Positions 52,820-63,900 of a stretch of 64,000 nucleotides of DNA are shown piece after piece. The DNA comes from a virus (Duplodnaviria; Caudoviricetes): IMG/VR virus record IMGVR_UViG_3300018472_000401, positions 26,563 through 90,562 of that record. One strand, given 5' to 3'. Made by a program: the position numbers and the translations under genes. The notes beneath the pieces are model-generated. The model saw nothing but the letters and a program-made list of their open reading frames with translations. It was not told the DNA's origin and made no database searches. Numbering within the stretch: position 1 is the stretch's first letter; each line of letters starts with the position of its first letter.

Positions 52820-54079
52820 ATGGCAATTCAGATTCAAAACACAGCCTATGACGGTGAGGTTCTTGAGAGACTGCTCACCAAAGCGGCTACCGGAAATGAA
52901 CTTGTACAGAAAGGACTGATCAAGCTTGTTCCGAATATCCGCAAGAAATACTCCATTCCCCGACTGAAGACGGGAACCATGTTGCAGAAACGCAAGGAAA
53001 TGCCTGAATCGAAGGATTCTAAGGGTGATTTCAATTACTCTGAGAAGGCTCTTGTTCCGCATGACTTTATGGCTTATACGGAATTTAACCCGAGAGCTTT
53101 TGAGGAAATCTGGCGCAAATATCAGCCGAAAGGAAACATGGTGTTCGACCAGCTTCCTCCTGAAGTGCAGAACCAGTTGCTGGATGCGATGTCCCGTCAG
53201 GTTAACTTCGAGCTGGGGTACCACTTCGTAAACGGTATCTATAAAGACGATGATGAAGACGATGATCATCTGTTCAACGGTATCCTGACTCAGATTATGG
53301 CCGACAGTGAAGTGATTCACGTGAAGTCTTCTTCTGCTGATTCAATGATTACCCGTTTGCAGAAGGTTCGTAAGGCTACTCCTCAGGTGCTTCGCAACAA
53401 TCCGAATTTCGTTTATATGATGTCTGTAGACGATGCAGACCGTTACGATGACGAACTGACACAACGCGATGCCAAGGGTGCCAACTGGACGGATACGAAC
53501 GCCGTACGCTTTAAAGGCACAAACATTGTTCCGCTGGCTGCCATTCCGGACGGTGTGATTATCGGTACCGTAGCCACTCCTGACGAAGACTCCAACACTT
53601 GGGGTGCAGTGAACCTGGTAGATGATTTCAACGTGATCCAGATTGACAAGGTGACCAACGCCGGTGAGAAGTATTTCTTCAAGATGCTCATGATGGCAGA
53701 TACCAACGTGGCTTTCGGAGAAGAAGTAGTGTTGCTGGATGTGCGTGAAGCTGCTACTGTATCGGCTTCAGGAACCAGCATTACGCTGACAGCTCAGGCA
53801 AGCAAGGTTTCGATTGAACCGGATTCAGACAGTAAGGCATATACTATTTCAGGAGATGACATTCTGATGGGTGCCATGCTGGAAATTACGAATACTCATG
53901 CAAGCAACAAACTTACGGTCAACTCGATTGAAGTTGCTGCTGGTGCTACCAAGAAAATCTACTACAGCGGAAAGTCCTGGTTTGACGCCAAAGAGGTAGA
54001 CGTAAAGATTACGCAGGTATCTCCTCAGCAAGTGCAGGTAGTGGGAACCGTGGAAACAACAACCAAAGAGCAGGCATAA
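52820..54079 (+). CDS. Major capsid protein with beta-rich C-terminal extension
   Basis: Follows the protease; last ~110 aa are Thr/Ser/Val-rich. Confidence 0.75.
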   Translation: MAIQIQNTAYDGEVLERLLTKAATGNELVQKGLIKLVPNIRKKYSIPRLKTGTMLQKRKEMPESKDSKGDFNYSEKALVPHDFMAYTEFNPRAFEEIWRKYQPKGNMVFDQLPPEVQNQLLDAMSRQVNFELGYHFVNGIYKDDDEDDDHLFNGILTQIMADSEVIHVKSSSADSMITRLQKVRKATPQVLRNNPNFVYMMSVDDADRYDDELTQRDAKGANWTDTNAVRFKGTNIVPLAAIPDGVIIGTVATPDEDSNTWGAVNLVDDFNVIQIDKVTNAGEKYFFKMLMMADTNVAFGEEVVLLDVREAATVSASGTSITLTAQASKVSIEPDSDSKAYTISGDDILMGAMLEITNTHASNKLTVNSIEVAAGATKKIYYSGKSWFDAKEVDVKITQVSPQQVQVVGTVETTTKEQA

Positions 54080-54092
54080 GGAGGACTGAAGG

Positions 54093-54491
54093 ATGAAACA
54101 CTTTACAATGGGTGAACTTTGTGCCAGCACCACCGCCGACGCTCATGGAATCAAGAATACACCGCCTCTTCAGGAGGCGGGTAATCTGAAAGCCCTGGCC
54201 GACAACGTGCTTGACCCGCTCCGCGAATGGTACGGGAAACCGATATCCGTCAACTCCGGGTACCGTTGTCCGCAACTGAACCGGCTGGTAGGAGGTAAGG
54301 CAAGCAGCCAGCATCTGAAAGGGGAGGCTGCCGACATTACGGCAGGAAGCAGGGAAGAGAACCGGAAACTCTTTGAGTACATCCGTGAGAATCTGCCTTT
54401 CGACCAGCTGATTGACGAAAAGAATTTTTCGTGGGTGCATGTGTCTTACAAGCGCGACGGAAACAACAGAAAACAGATATTGAAACTATAA
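54093..54491 (+). CDS. Endolysin, peptidase M15 family
   Basis: SGYRC..LN..VGG..SSQHL.GEAADI...WVHVSY. Confidence 0.9.
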   Translation: MKHFTMGELCASTTADAHGIKNTPPLQEAGNLKALADNVLDPLREWYGKPISVNSGYRCPQLNRLVGGKASSQHLKGEAADITAGSREENRKLFEYIRENLPFDQLIDEKNFSWVHVSYKRDGNNRKQILKL

Positions 54492-54536
54492 CCATGGCGT
54501 AGTACGCCAAATGCTACGCCAATAAAGCACAACAAA

Positions 54537-54923
54537 ATGAAACGGATTATCTTATTTTTCTGCCTGTGTCTGATTACAACACTGGCTTCATTTGCACAGA
54601 CCGTACTTCCGGCTGCAGAACCTGAAACATCGTTCCTTATCGATTTGGGAAGCTTTACGGGAATCGTAGCCCTGGTTTCTACCTTGGTGACACAGATTCT
54701 GAAAGTTGTTCCGGCTATTTCCGCAAGCAAGCTGGCCAAAATTTTGATTTCATGCGGTGTGGGCATGGTAGTATGTATTATTGCATGGCTTTTGCAGCTC
54801 ACTCCGTTACTTACAGGCTATATCTGGTGGCAGGTTCTGATTTACGGACTGGCGGCCGGATTGAGCGGATGCGGATTCTATGATGTGATTAAGGCTATCG
54901 GAGCATTGTTTAAAAAAGAGTAG
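54537..54923 (+). CDS. Holin-like multi-TM protein
   Basis: Signal-like N-terminus plus three TM segments, next to the endolysin. Confidence 0.65.
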   Translation: MKRIILFFCLCLITTLASFAQTVLPAAEPETSFLIDLGSFTGIVALVSTLVTQILKVVPAISASKLAKILISCGVGMVVCIIAWLLQLTPLLTGYIWWQVLIYGLAAGLSGCGFYDVIKAIGALFKKE

Positions 54924-54929
54924 AGCTTT

Positions 54930-55355
54930 ATGGATTGGACCCTGTTACAGTCACTATGGGACTGGCTTCTTCCTGCCGGATGGCTGGCTACTGCCATTGC
55001 CTGGTGGCGTGACAGGAAGGTGTATCAAGTCCGTGCGGTAAAAGAAACCGAAGGTACTTACAAGACTCTTTACGATGACCTCAGTGCCACGGTGTTGGAT
55101 ATAAGCAAACAACTACGAAAACAAAACGAACGGAATATCAATCATGAAACGGCTTTACGCAAATTACATACTTGCAAGTATGCTGACCGCTGTCCTGTCA
55201 TTATCTTCCTGCGCCAGCAGCAGAAAGGCCAGCTCGGAAACCGTCCGCTCGGACAGCCTCCGAACGAGCGTAACCGAGCAAACAACCTACGAGCCGGTCC
55301 CGAAGAGGACGGCGACCTGCTCGGTGAGTGCGGAGCAGTGGCTGAACCTGAGTAA
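54930..55355 (+). CDS. Inner-membrane spanin-like protein
   Basis: N-terminal TM then coiled coil with Cys pair. Confidence 0.5.
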   Translation: MDWTLLQSLWDWLLPAGWLATAIAWWRDRKVYQVRAVKETEGTYKTLYDDLSATVLDISKQLRKQNERNINHETALRKLHTCKYADRCPVIIFLRQQQKGQLGNRPLGQPPNERNRANNLRAGPEEDGDLLGECGAVAEPE

Positions 55356-55641
55356 GCTTCCTGCCGGATTCGGGCTGAGCTATCGGAATGACGGTCTGAA
55401 TATTGACATACAATCGGACGGAGAAGGTGGCGTGAACGTCACGGCTACAGCAGACAGTACAGGAAGACAGGTAACCATAACACGTACGGAAACCGACCAC
55501 CGCATACGCGATGAAACTGTGAGCAATGAATTGAAGGAAACACGCCCTGGAGTGCAGGGATGGCTGACAGGAACAGCCCTGACCCTGCTGGGGATTTTCC
55601 TTATCTGGCAACTGATTAAATATTATTTAAGCAAACATTAA
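55144..55641 (+). CDS. Lipoprotein, spanin-like
   Basis: LSLSSC lipobox and C-terminal TM; overlaps the previous gene by 212 nt. Confidence 0.6.
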   Translation: MKRLYANYILASMLTAVLSLSSCASSRKASSETVRSDSLRTSVTEQTTYEPVPKRTATCSVSAEQWLNLSKLPAGFGLSYRNDGLNIDIQSDGEGGVNVTATADSTGRQVTITRTETDHRIRDETVSNELKETRPGVQGWLTGTALTLLGIFLIWQLIKYYLSKH

Positions 55642-55654
55642 AAACGACAAGATT

Positions 55655-56191
55655 ATGGCAGATACAAGCAACGGACTGATGTATGGTGTGGCCGCCGTAA
55701 AGTTCAAGGCATCAGAAGGCGAGGAAAAGACGTTGGGCTGGCTGGATGAAAACGGGATGCAGCCGGCAGGGAATGCGCCTACCTTTATGGATGTGAATGC
55801 CGCACAGGTAACAGACGGACCGGTAGACAGCATTATGACCAATCCGGGAAGCGATGCGTTCACAATGAACCTTATCCAGCTGAAAGCGAAGAACATGGCC
55901 GACGTGTTCGGTGGTAAAGCGGAAGCAGACGGTTCTTATACGCCTCCAGAAAAATTTGTGGCAAATGGCGTTCTTACCATCGCCATGCATTCCGGTCACA
56001 ATTTCCGTGTATTCAACTCCCGATTGAGCCGTAACGGATGGCAGAACGGTATCAACATGCAGAATGTGCTGGCTATGGGCATCCGTGTGGATATGCTGAA
56101 ACCAACTGACGGGAAAGTACGTCGCTGGCGTACTTATCCTCCCGGAGTGACACCTGATACCGCAGACTCAACCGCAGACGCAGCAGGATAA
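55655..56191 (+). CDS. Major tail tube protein
   Basis: Beta-rich 178 aa, before the chaperones and TMP. Confidence 0.65.
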   Translation: MADTSNGLMYGVAAVKFKASEGEEKTLGWLDENGMQPAGNAPTFMDVNAAQVTDGPVDSIMTNPGSDAFTMNLIQLKAKNMADVFGGKAEADGSYTPPEKFVANGVLTIAMHSGHNFRVFNSRLSRNGWQNGINMQNVLAMGIRVDMLKPTDGKVRRWRTYPPGVTPDTADSTADAAG

Positions 56192-56193
56192 GT

Positions 56194-56673
56194 ATGAAGG
56201 CACAGGATATAGAACTGCTGGCAGGCATCTCTCTCAGTGACGGGGGAATCAGCCTGCCGCTTCATACGGTACTTCGGAAACGTCCGTTCCGCATTACGAT
56301 GAAGACACCTACCACACGCAGCCTGATACGAATCAGCAAGCGTTATCTCCGAATCGGGGTGACTCCGGAAGAATATGATGCATACAATCTGGACCAGCGC
56401 ATCCGGTTGATCTTCCTGCATGGGAAGGATATCAGCCGGATGGTGGCATACGGAATTGTTCGAGGCCCGGTACTGGGAAGGTTACTAAACCGCCCGGTGG
56501 CATGGATGCTTCGGGAACTGATGACACCCGACGAACTTTCATCCGCCTGGCGACAAATTCTGAACAGTACATCTACCACGTCTTTCGGGATTATTATCGC
56601 ATCGGCAGCAGCACTGAACAAGATGCAGCCCTTAGCGAGCCGGAACGAGAGCGAAAACGAAACGAGGAGTTAA
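56194..56673 (+). CDS. Tail assembly chaperone
   Basis: Position between tube and TMP. Confidence 0.65.
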   Translation: MKAQDIELLAGISLSDGGISLPLHTVLRKRPFRITMKTPTTRSLIRISKRYLRIGVTPEEYDAYNLDQRIRLIFLHGKDISRMVAYGIVRGPVLGRLLNRPVAWMLRELMTPDELSSAWRQILNSTSTTSFGIIIASAAALNKMQPLASRNESENETRS

Positions 56674-56969
56674 AGAAGGGACATACGGAACCTTCGCATA
56701 GCCTTTTCGGCGTAGTAGGTCAGCTGGCCACGGAAACAGGCTGGAGCATTGACTACATTCTGGATAAAGTGAATGTAGTAACCCTGCAAATGATGATGGC
56801 AGACATGCCGCACTGGGTTCCTCCTCAGAAGCCGGATATGATGCAACAGATCCGTGAAATGGAGGAACGGGAGAAACAAAGAAACAGTCACAAACAAACA
56901 GAAAATTCAAATGCGACAAAGGGAATGAATCCGATGGATTTCTTCACAAAATACGCAGTAAAAGATTAA
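56640..56969 (+). CDS. Tail assembly chaperone extension (-1 frame; start approximate)
   Basis: Open -1 frame overlapping the chaperone end; TGWS.DYIL...LQMMMAD. Confidence 0.5.
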   Translation, partial: PERERKRNEELKKGHTEPSHSLFGVVGQLATETGWSIDYILDKVNVVTLQMMMADMPHWVPPQKPDMMQQIREMEEREKQRNSHKQTENSNATKGMNPMDFFTKYAVKD

Positions 56970-56973
56970 GGAT

Positions 56974-59900
56974 ATGGCAGTACCTGTACAGCTTGAAATA
57001 TTCATGAAAGACCTTACCAAAGCCGGACTACAGAGCGTGGGTAAGAATGTGGATGATGTGGAAAATCAGACTCTGCAACTGATTGAAGCATTGAAGCAGG
57101 TACGTGCCGAACAAATCAAACAGCTTGAAGCGAACAAGCAAGCCGGGAAAAGCTATACGCAGGAAGCGGCCAACGTACAGGCTTTGACGGGGCAGATCAA
57201 CGGATTGAAGACAGGTCTGAAAGACTTGCAGAAAACGAAAGAAGAAACCGCAAAAACGCAGGCCATTGACATCGACACAGAAGCCGTTACCCGTAAGACA
57301 AACAACCTGAAGATGCAGTTCAGCCAGGTAGCAAGGGAACTTCCATCTTTGGCCATGGGGCCGCAGATGTTTATCCTCGCTATTTCCAACAACCTTCCTA
57401 TGCTGGCAGATGCCATTGCCGATGTGCGCAAGCAGAACGAACTATTGGGTAATAAAGGTGTACCAGTATGGAAACAGCTTGCAAGTGCTGTTTTCTCATG
57501 GCAGACTGCATTGGTAGCAGCTATATCTTTAGGTATTGTGTATGGAAAAGAAATTGGTAACTGGGTATCTTCTTTATTCAAGGCAAAAAAAGAGCTTATT
57601 GACACTCAAAAAATTCAGAATGAATTAAATAAAGTTCAAGTAGAAGGAGGAAAATCTGCGGCTGAAGAAGCGGCCAAACTTAAAATACTTTATGAAGCAA
57701 GTTTGGATATATCTAAATCAATGAAGGAAAGAAATAAAGCTGTCGACGAACTACAGAAAATGTATCCTTCTTATTTTGGGAAGTTAAGTAATGAGGAAAT
57801 TTTGGCAGGTAAGGCATCAGATGCCTATGATCGTCTTACAAAATCAATTATATCATCTGCTAAGGCAAGAGCAGCCATGAACAAAATTGTGGATGAACAA
57901 GGGAAGATCCTGGAAAATGAACAAAAGATAAATGATGCGTACTCCAGATTAGATCCTCTTTTACCAAAACTTGAAGCAGCAGAAAAAAAATTAAATATAG
58001 CAAAAACGTCTGCAAGTCTGAATGCAGGAAAACTTTCAACTTCCGGAACTAGAAATCTTTCAGTTGGAGGAAATGTCGCAGTTCAAAAGGCTCAATCAGA
58101 TTATGACCAGTTAAAGAAAGAAACAGATGCAATTTACGAAGAAATTGCAGGATACCGTGCAGCCATATATGAATCGAACAAGATTTCTAAGGAATTGGAA
58201 AAAAGCATTAAGGTAGATGACATTGTTACAGAGGAAAAAGGTAGTGGTACGGGTTCCGGAAAGACCGACTACGCCTCCCAGCTTGCCGATGCACGTATTC
58301 GTGCGCAGCAGACCACGGAGAAACTCCGCATCCAGATCATGCAGGAAGGTATTGCCAAGCGCATGGCACTGGCAAAGCAGGAATATGATGACAGTATTGC
58401 CGACATCGACAAGCAGGAACGGGATACACTGGCAAAGATGGATAAAGCACGCAAGCAGGGTGACAACATTCCGCAGAGCCAATATGATGCCGTAAAGGAA
58501 TCGGCTAAAAACAACCGTGTGCTGGCAGAACAGGTGTATAATGAACAGATCTATCAGATTGAGCAGGAATACCGCGACAAGGCTACACAGAGCCTTATCG
58601 ACTACAATAAACAATACGGCACGTATCAGGAGAAGCGTCTGGCTATCGCGATGGATTACGCGCGGAAGATTGCCGCTGCGGAAACAGAAGGTGAAGCTGA
58701 CGTATTGACTCGTGAACGTGACGACAAGCTGGCCAGCCTGGACTTCGAGGAAATGAAGAAAGGGATGGACTGGGATAAGATCTTCGGTGACCTGGATCGT
58801 GTGTCGACCGATACGCTGGAAAGCCTTCGCAAGAAGCTGAAGGAATACCTGGAAGGAATCGGTGATGACATCAGTCCGGAATCCTTCAAGGAGGTAATGG
58901 ATGCTTTCAAGGAGATAGACTCCGAGCTGGCCGACCGTTCCCCGTTCGAGGCAATGAAGAAGGGATACGAGGACTACAAGTCCGCCATGGAAGAGGTACG
59001 TACTGCTCAGAACCTGCTGCAACAGGCTCAGATGGGTGGAAGTGTCATCGTGGAAGAATATGACGAAGCAACAGGAACCCTTACCCGCAAGCTGGTCACA
59101 CAGGCCGAAGCGGAGGAAAGACTTCGTGCTGCTCAGGATAAACGATACAGTGCCCAGAAGAATCTGACAGAAGCGGCCAATTCTATCGGACAGAAAGGAA
59201 TGGCCATTGTTGATGCCGGAAATGATATCGTAGACATGCTGGGTAACCTTGGCGTAAAAGTTCCGGAAGCAGTCAGTGAAACATTGAACGGAGTCAGTCA
59301 GGTAATGAATGGACTGGAAAGCATTGACCTTACAAATCCATTCTCAGCCATATCCGGTGTAACTAAGGTTCTGACTGGAGTAGGCAATACAATCGCCGGA
59401 CTGTTTGGCTTCGGCGGTGCAGATTATTCCGGATATGAAAATCTGAAATCAAAGTATGAAGGGCTGATTGATATATGGGATGATCTTATTTCAAAGAAGC
59501 AGGAATACATCGACATCAACTACGGAGCAGAAGCGCAGAAGGCAGCAGAGGAAGCAAAAAAACTGGTAAACGTGCAGATTGAACGGCAGAGGCAGCTGGC
59601 CAATATGCTGGCGGGTAGCGGTGCAAGTATCGGATCCCACTCCCTGGGATATCGGGTGAATGACCGGATGTCGTCACAGGACTGGCAGCGATTGTCCGGA
59701 CTGGTCGGAGAGCAGGTCGGAAGTCTGGGTGATGTACTGGGGCTGGATGCAGGTATTATCGGGAATGTGCTTCAGGATGAGAAGTTTGTTTCCGTACTGA
59801 CGGATGTAAATTCTGAATTCATCGATTACATACAAAATATCGGTTCTTACGCGGATCAACTGGAAGAAATAGCCTCAAAGGAACAGGAAGCCATTACCGG

Positions 59901-60453
59901 AATCGGATTTGATGCGTTTAAGGATGGATACTTTGACCTTATATCTGATCTGGAATCTACCAACGAAGACCTGGCAGACAATCTGGAAAAGAATCTCCAG
60001 AATGCCTTCTTCCGCTCACTTATTGCGAATAAATACAACAGCCAGATTAAAGCCTTATACGACAACTGGGTAAAATTAGGCGAAGACGGACTGACCAGAG
60101 ATGAAGTGGATAATCTGAGGGAACAGAATCAGGCAATGGTGGATCAGATGATAAAAGACCGGGAAGAGCTGATGAATACTTTCGGATGGTCTGCATCCGG
60201 ATCGGGAAGCAGCCAGTCGCCCGGCAGTGGTGCACTTACAACAATGAGCCAGGACAGTATTTCTACATTCGAAGGCATAGGGCGTAACATGCAGACGCAT
60301 CTGGCAAATACTGACAAGTTCGTGCAGGAAATCCGAAACACGCAGAAGCAGGATAGCCAGACGCTGGCCACCATAGCCGGACACACGGCACATCTGGTGG
60401 AGATACACGAGATATTGAGTGACATGAAATTGAACGGTATAACACTGAAATGA
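56974..60453 (+). CDS. Tape measure protein
   Basis: 1159 aa helical; QVARELP...AISNNLP motif. Confidence 0.9.
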   Translation: MAVPVQLEIFMKDLTKAGLQSVGKNVDDVENQTLQLIEALKQVRAEQIKQLEANKQAGKSYTQEAANVQALTGQINGLKTGLKDLQKTKEETAKTQAIDIDTEAVTRKTNNLKMQFSQVARELPSLAMGPQMFILAISNNLPMLADAIADVRKQNELLGNKGVPVWKQLASAVFSWQTALVAAISLGIVYGKEIGNWVSSLFKAKKELIDTQKIQNELNKVQVEGGKSAAEEAAKLKILYEASLDISKSMKERNKAVDELQKMYPSYFGKLSNEEILAGKASDAYDRLTKSIISSAKARAAMNKIVDEQGKILENEQKINDAYSRLDPLLPKLEAAEKKLNIAKTSASLNAGKLSTSGTRNLSVGGNVAVQKAQSDYDQLKKETDAIYEEIAGYRAAIYESNKISKELEKSIKVDDIVTEEKGSGTGSGKTDYASQLADARIRAQQTTEKLRIQIMQEGIAKRMALAKQEYDDSIADIDKQERDTLAKMDKARKQGDNIPQSQYDAVKESAKNNRVLAEQVYNEQIYQIEQEYRDKATQSLIDYNKQYGTYQEKRLAIAMDYARKIAAAETEGEADVLTRERDDKLASLDFEEMKKGMDWDKIFGDLDRVSTDTLESLRKKLKEYLEGIGDDISPESFKEVMDAFKEIDSELADRSPFEAMKKGYEDYKSAMEEVRTAQNLLQQAQMGGSVIVEEYDEATGTLTRKLVTQAEAEERLRAAQDKRYSAQKNLTEAANSIGQKGMAIVDAGNDIVDMLGNLGVKVPEAVSETLNGVSQVMNGLESIDLTNPFSAISGVTKVLTGVGNTIAGLFGFGGADYSGYENLKSKYEGLIDIWDDLISKKQEYIDINYGAEAQKAAEEAKKLVNVQIERQRQLANMLAGSGASIGSHSLGYRVNDRMSSQDWQRLSGLVGEQVGSLGDVLGLDAGIIGNVLQDEKFVSVLTDVNSEFIDYIQNIGSYADQLEEIASKEQEAITGIGFDAFKDGYFDLISDLESTNEDLADNLEKNLQNAFFRSLIANKYNSQIKALYDNWVKLGEDGLTRDEVDNLREQNQAMVDQMIKDREELMNTFGWSASGSGSSQSPGSGALTTMSQDSISTFEGIGRNMQTHLANTDKFVQEIRNTQKQDSQTLATIAGHTAHLVEIHEILSDMKLNGITLK

Positions 60454-60454
60454 T

Positions 60455-60901
60455 ATGGATTTGACAGGATACCTAACAATTAACGGAACTGACGTATGGA
60501 CGGAATACGGTGCCTTCCTGGGCGAGACTGAAGAAGGTGGACACGTGAACATGGATGCCTTGCTTCGCATGCCCAAGGCGAAGGATATTACTACCGTAGA
60601 CTTCCGGGAACGGAACGGGGTAGAGCTTCCTCAGAACCCAAACGTGAAGCTGGGCAGCATCGAACGTACCTTGCAGTTCTGGCTTCGTGGAAGCTCCGCA
60701 GCCGACCGCCTGGACAAATACCAGCGCATGATGACGCTTATTACGTCCGGAATGCTTACGATAAATGTAAAGAATTACCGGACTTACAATATGGTGTATC
60801 AGGACATGCCGGCAGAACCGGACTGGTACGAAAGCTACGAAAGAGACCGGTTTTATGTGCTGTTTTCCGTCAAGTTTCTGGAACCGCAGCCATCCGTTTA
60901 G
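60455..60901 (+). CDS. Distal tail (Dit)-like protein
   Basis: LTING.D.W..YGA, P.AK, E.NG, RTL.L; directly after TMP. Confidence 0.7.
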   Translation: MDLTGYLTINGTDVWTEYGAFLGETEEGGHVNMDALLRMPKAKDITTVDFRERNGVELPQNPNVKLGSIERTLQFWLRGSSAADRLDKYQRMMTLITSGMLTINVKNYRTYNMVYQDMPAEPDWYESYERDRFYVLFSVKFLEPQPSV

Positions 60902-60934
60902 GAATTAATTAAACACAGATTAAATGACGATAAA

Positions 60935-63900
60935 ATGGAACTGAAAATATACGATAAAGCCAACAACCTTCGACTGACGGCCAGTCCGAACTCTTCTTCT
61001 ACCGTCACAGAGGAGATAGGAGGAGAGTGCAGTGTATCTGCATCCTTCACCCATACCGCATACGTTCCGCTGGATGTGGATGACTATATCGACCTGGAAG
61101 GTGTACGATACAAAGTGAAGTCCCGTTATCGTCCGAAACAGAAGAACACGCAGACTTACGAATACAGTGTAAAGTTCTATGCTCCGCTACACGATGCCGA
61201 AGATACGCTGATGTTGTTTCAGGAAGGAGGAACAACTTCTGAATTTTCTTATGACGGTGGTCCGCGGGAGCATCTGCAGTTATGGATTGACAACATGAAC
61301 CGGCGTGCCGGTGGTAACTTGTGGAGCATCGGAACAGTGATTACAGCCGATAACAAGACGATTGATTACCGCAATGTGAAGTGCTGGGATGCGGCTTTCG
61401 GAAGCAACGGAATCGCCGCTACATTCGAAACGGAAATGTGGGCGGACGGTTATGTGATTAACCTCTGCAAGGCTGAACGCGGAGAAATGGTAGAATTGGG
61501 ATATCTCCATGGCCTTACTAATCTGGCACAGGAAGACAACGGAGAAGTGAAGTTCTTTACCCGCCTGTTTCCGCTTGGTTCTACGAGAAACATAGATGCA
61601 ACCAAATACGGATATTCCCGTTTGCAACTTCCTGACCGTTCTCCTTATGTGGACAAGAACGTTGATCTGTACGGAGTGAAGGAAGAAACGGAAGAATCTG
61701 CGTTTTCCCAAATTTACCCCAAATATATCGGAACCGTTTCTTCGGTCCGTACGGAAGAACTGGAGAATGAAGACGGGCGCAAATACACGGTGTACTACAT
61801 CAAGGATGAAGGAATGAACTGGAATCCGAAAGATTACGAGATTCCGGATCTGGATTACATGCTAGAGTTCCAGACAGGAGAGCTAGCGGGGCGCGGAACT
61901 GACGGTTCTTTCCAGGCAGCATGGCATGAGGATACCAAAGAATGGGAAATCATCAATGTTTATCCGGATGATACGACTCAGATTCCCGGCGGTGCCATTG
62001 TTCCAAAACCGGGCGATCAGTATATTCCATGGAACTTTGCCCTGCCGCAGGAATACATTACCGCGGCAGAACAGGAATACAAGCAGGCAGTGGATGATTA
62101 TCTGGCAACCTACAGCTTCGATCCGAATAAATACACCGGAACCACCGACCGGAATTATATCGAGAAGAACGGCACACCACTCCGCATAGGGTGGAATGTG
62201 CGTTTACTGTCAGAACAGTATTTCGGCAGCACCGGAGGATACAAGGATACACGTATCATCAAGGTGCAACGCAAGTTGAATGATCTGTGCCAGGCTACGA
62301 TCACCTGTTCGGATGAGGTTGGTTCCGGATGGAAATCATCAGTAGATAATTCACTAGGGTCACTACAAGATGCTAACCACAACCTGTCTCAGTCGTACGA
62401 AAAATTACACAACGACATGATGGAGGGCTTCGCATCTATCAAAAACCTTTGGGAGCTTAAACAGGACGACTATGGCAACTATTATATCTATACGAAATAC
62501 AATATATTTGGAAGAAAAGGAATTACCTCCTACGTGGAAGCCGATGTGAAAGTTCCTTCTGTCTTTGACGGGCTTCCTTTAGATAACACAACTATCCGGA
62601 AGAATCCTGAAACAGGACTCATTGAAGTTATTGGAGGGACTGGAACTTCTTTCGATGAAAATGCCATGTGGTCTGCACTTTCCGGATCTTCGGACAACCA
62701 GATCAACAAGTCGCATCTAACCACGGCTTTGGATGGATATGCAACCCAGAATTGGGTTATAGAAAACTATGCCACCAAATCAGAGTTGTCAGCTGTGTCT
62801 AATAAGCTGAATGACTTCTTGGAAGGTTCTGATACTGACACGATCATAAACAAATGGAAGGAACTAGAAGCGTTTCTGTCCGGAATGGAAGAAACCGACA
62901 ACCTAGCTGAGATACTTGAAACAAAAGCTGATAAAAAATATGTAGACAGCACGTTTGTTACGTTGGCTACAAAGCAAACAATAACTGGGGAAAAGACATT
63001 TTCCTCTGTGATGAATACAGCCGCTATCAAGGCATCCGGAGCTATTACAGCACCTTCGCTGGCAGTATCGGATTGGGTTACTATTGCCGGAATTAAGCTT
63101 AGAAAGCTAGAAGATGGCGCGTTAATGCTAGAAGGAAATCTGGCATTAACAGGTGCTTTGACGATGTACGCTACCGACGGTCAAAGCTTTGACACAATTT
63201 ACGATGGGCTTCCGATCGACAATGATACTATATATTGGCAAGAAGTTGACGGATCAAGAGTTTTGAAAGCAAGAGAGGGTAGCGGATCATCCTTCGACAA
63301 GTCTGCCATGTGGACAGCATTGGCCGGATCTACCACGGAACAGATCAACAAGTCGCACCTTACTACTGCTTTGACAGGTTACGCAACCGAAAGTTGGGTG
63401 TCAGGAAAAAACTATGCTGTTAAAGCTACAACATTAGCTGGCTATGGTATAACAGATGGAATTAATGCTGTCAGTGTTACCGGAACAGGTAATGCCGTAA
63501 CTGCTGCATCTATTAGCGGTCACTCTCTTACTCTGACCAAAGGAGCTACATTTAACAATTACACGCATCCTACGGCTACAGCTACTACCATCACAGCCGC
63601 TAATGGAAAAGTCTTGTCCGCTATCACAGTTAATAATCAAGGACATGTAACATCTGTCAGCGGTAAAACACTAGCGGCAGCAGACATACCAACCTTAGAA
63701 ATATCAAAAATATCGGGTTTACAGGATTCACTGGATGCAAAGTTAGAATCTTCCGCATATACAGCAGCTGATGTTTTGGCCAAATTGAAAACCGTAGATG
63801 GTTCTAATAGCGGACTGGATGCCGATTTGTTGGACGGTACACATAAGACCGCTTTATTTACAGCTTTGACTTCATCCTCAGCGACTAACATTTCTATCAC

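Noticed and set aside
62567-63400. Fibre repeats as a DGR template/variable pair
   Set aside because: Differences are mostly synonymous third-position changes, not adenine-specific
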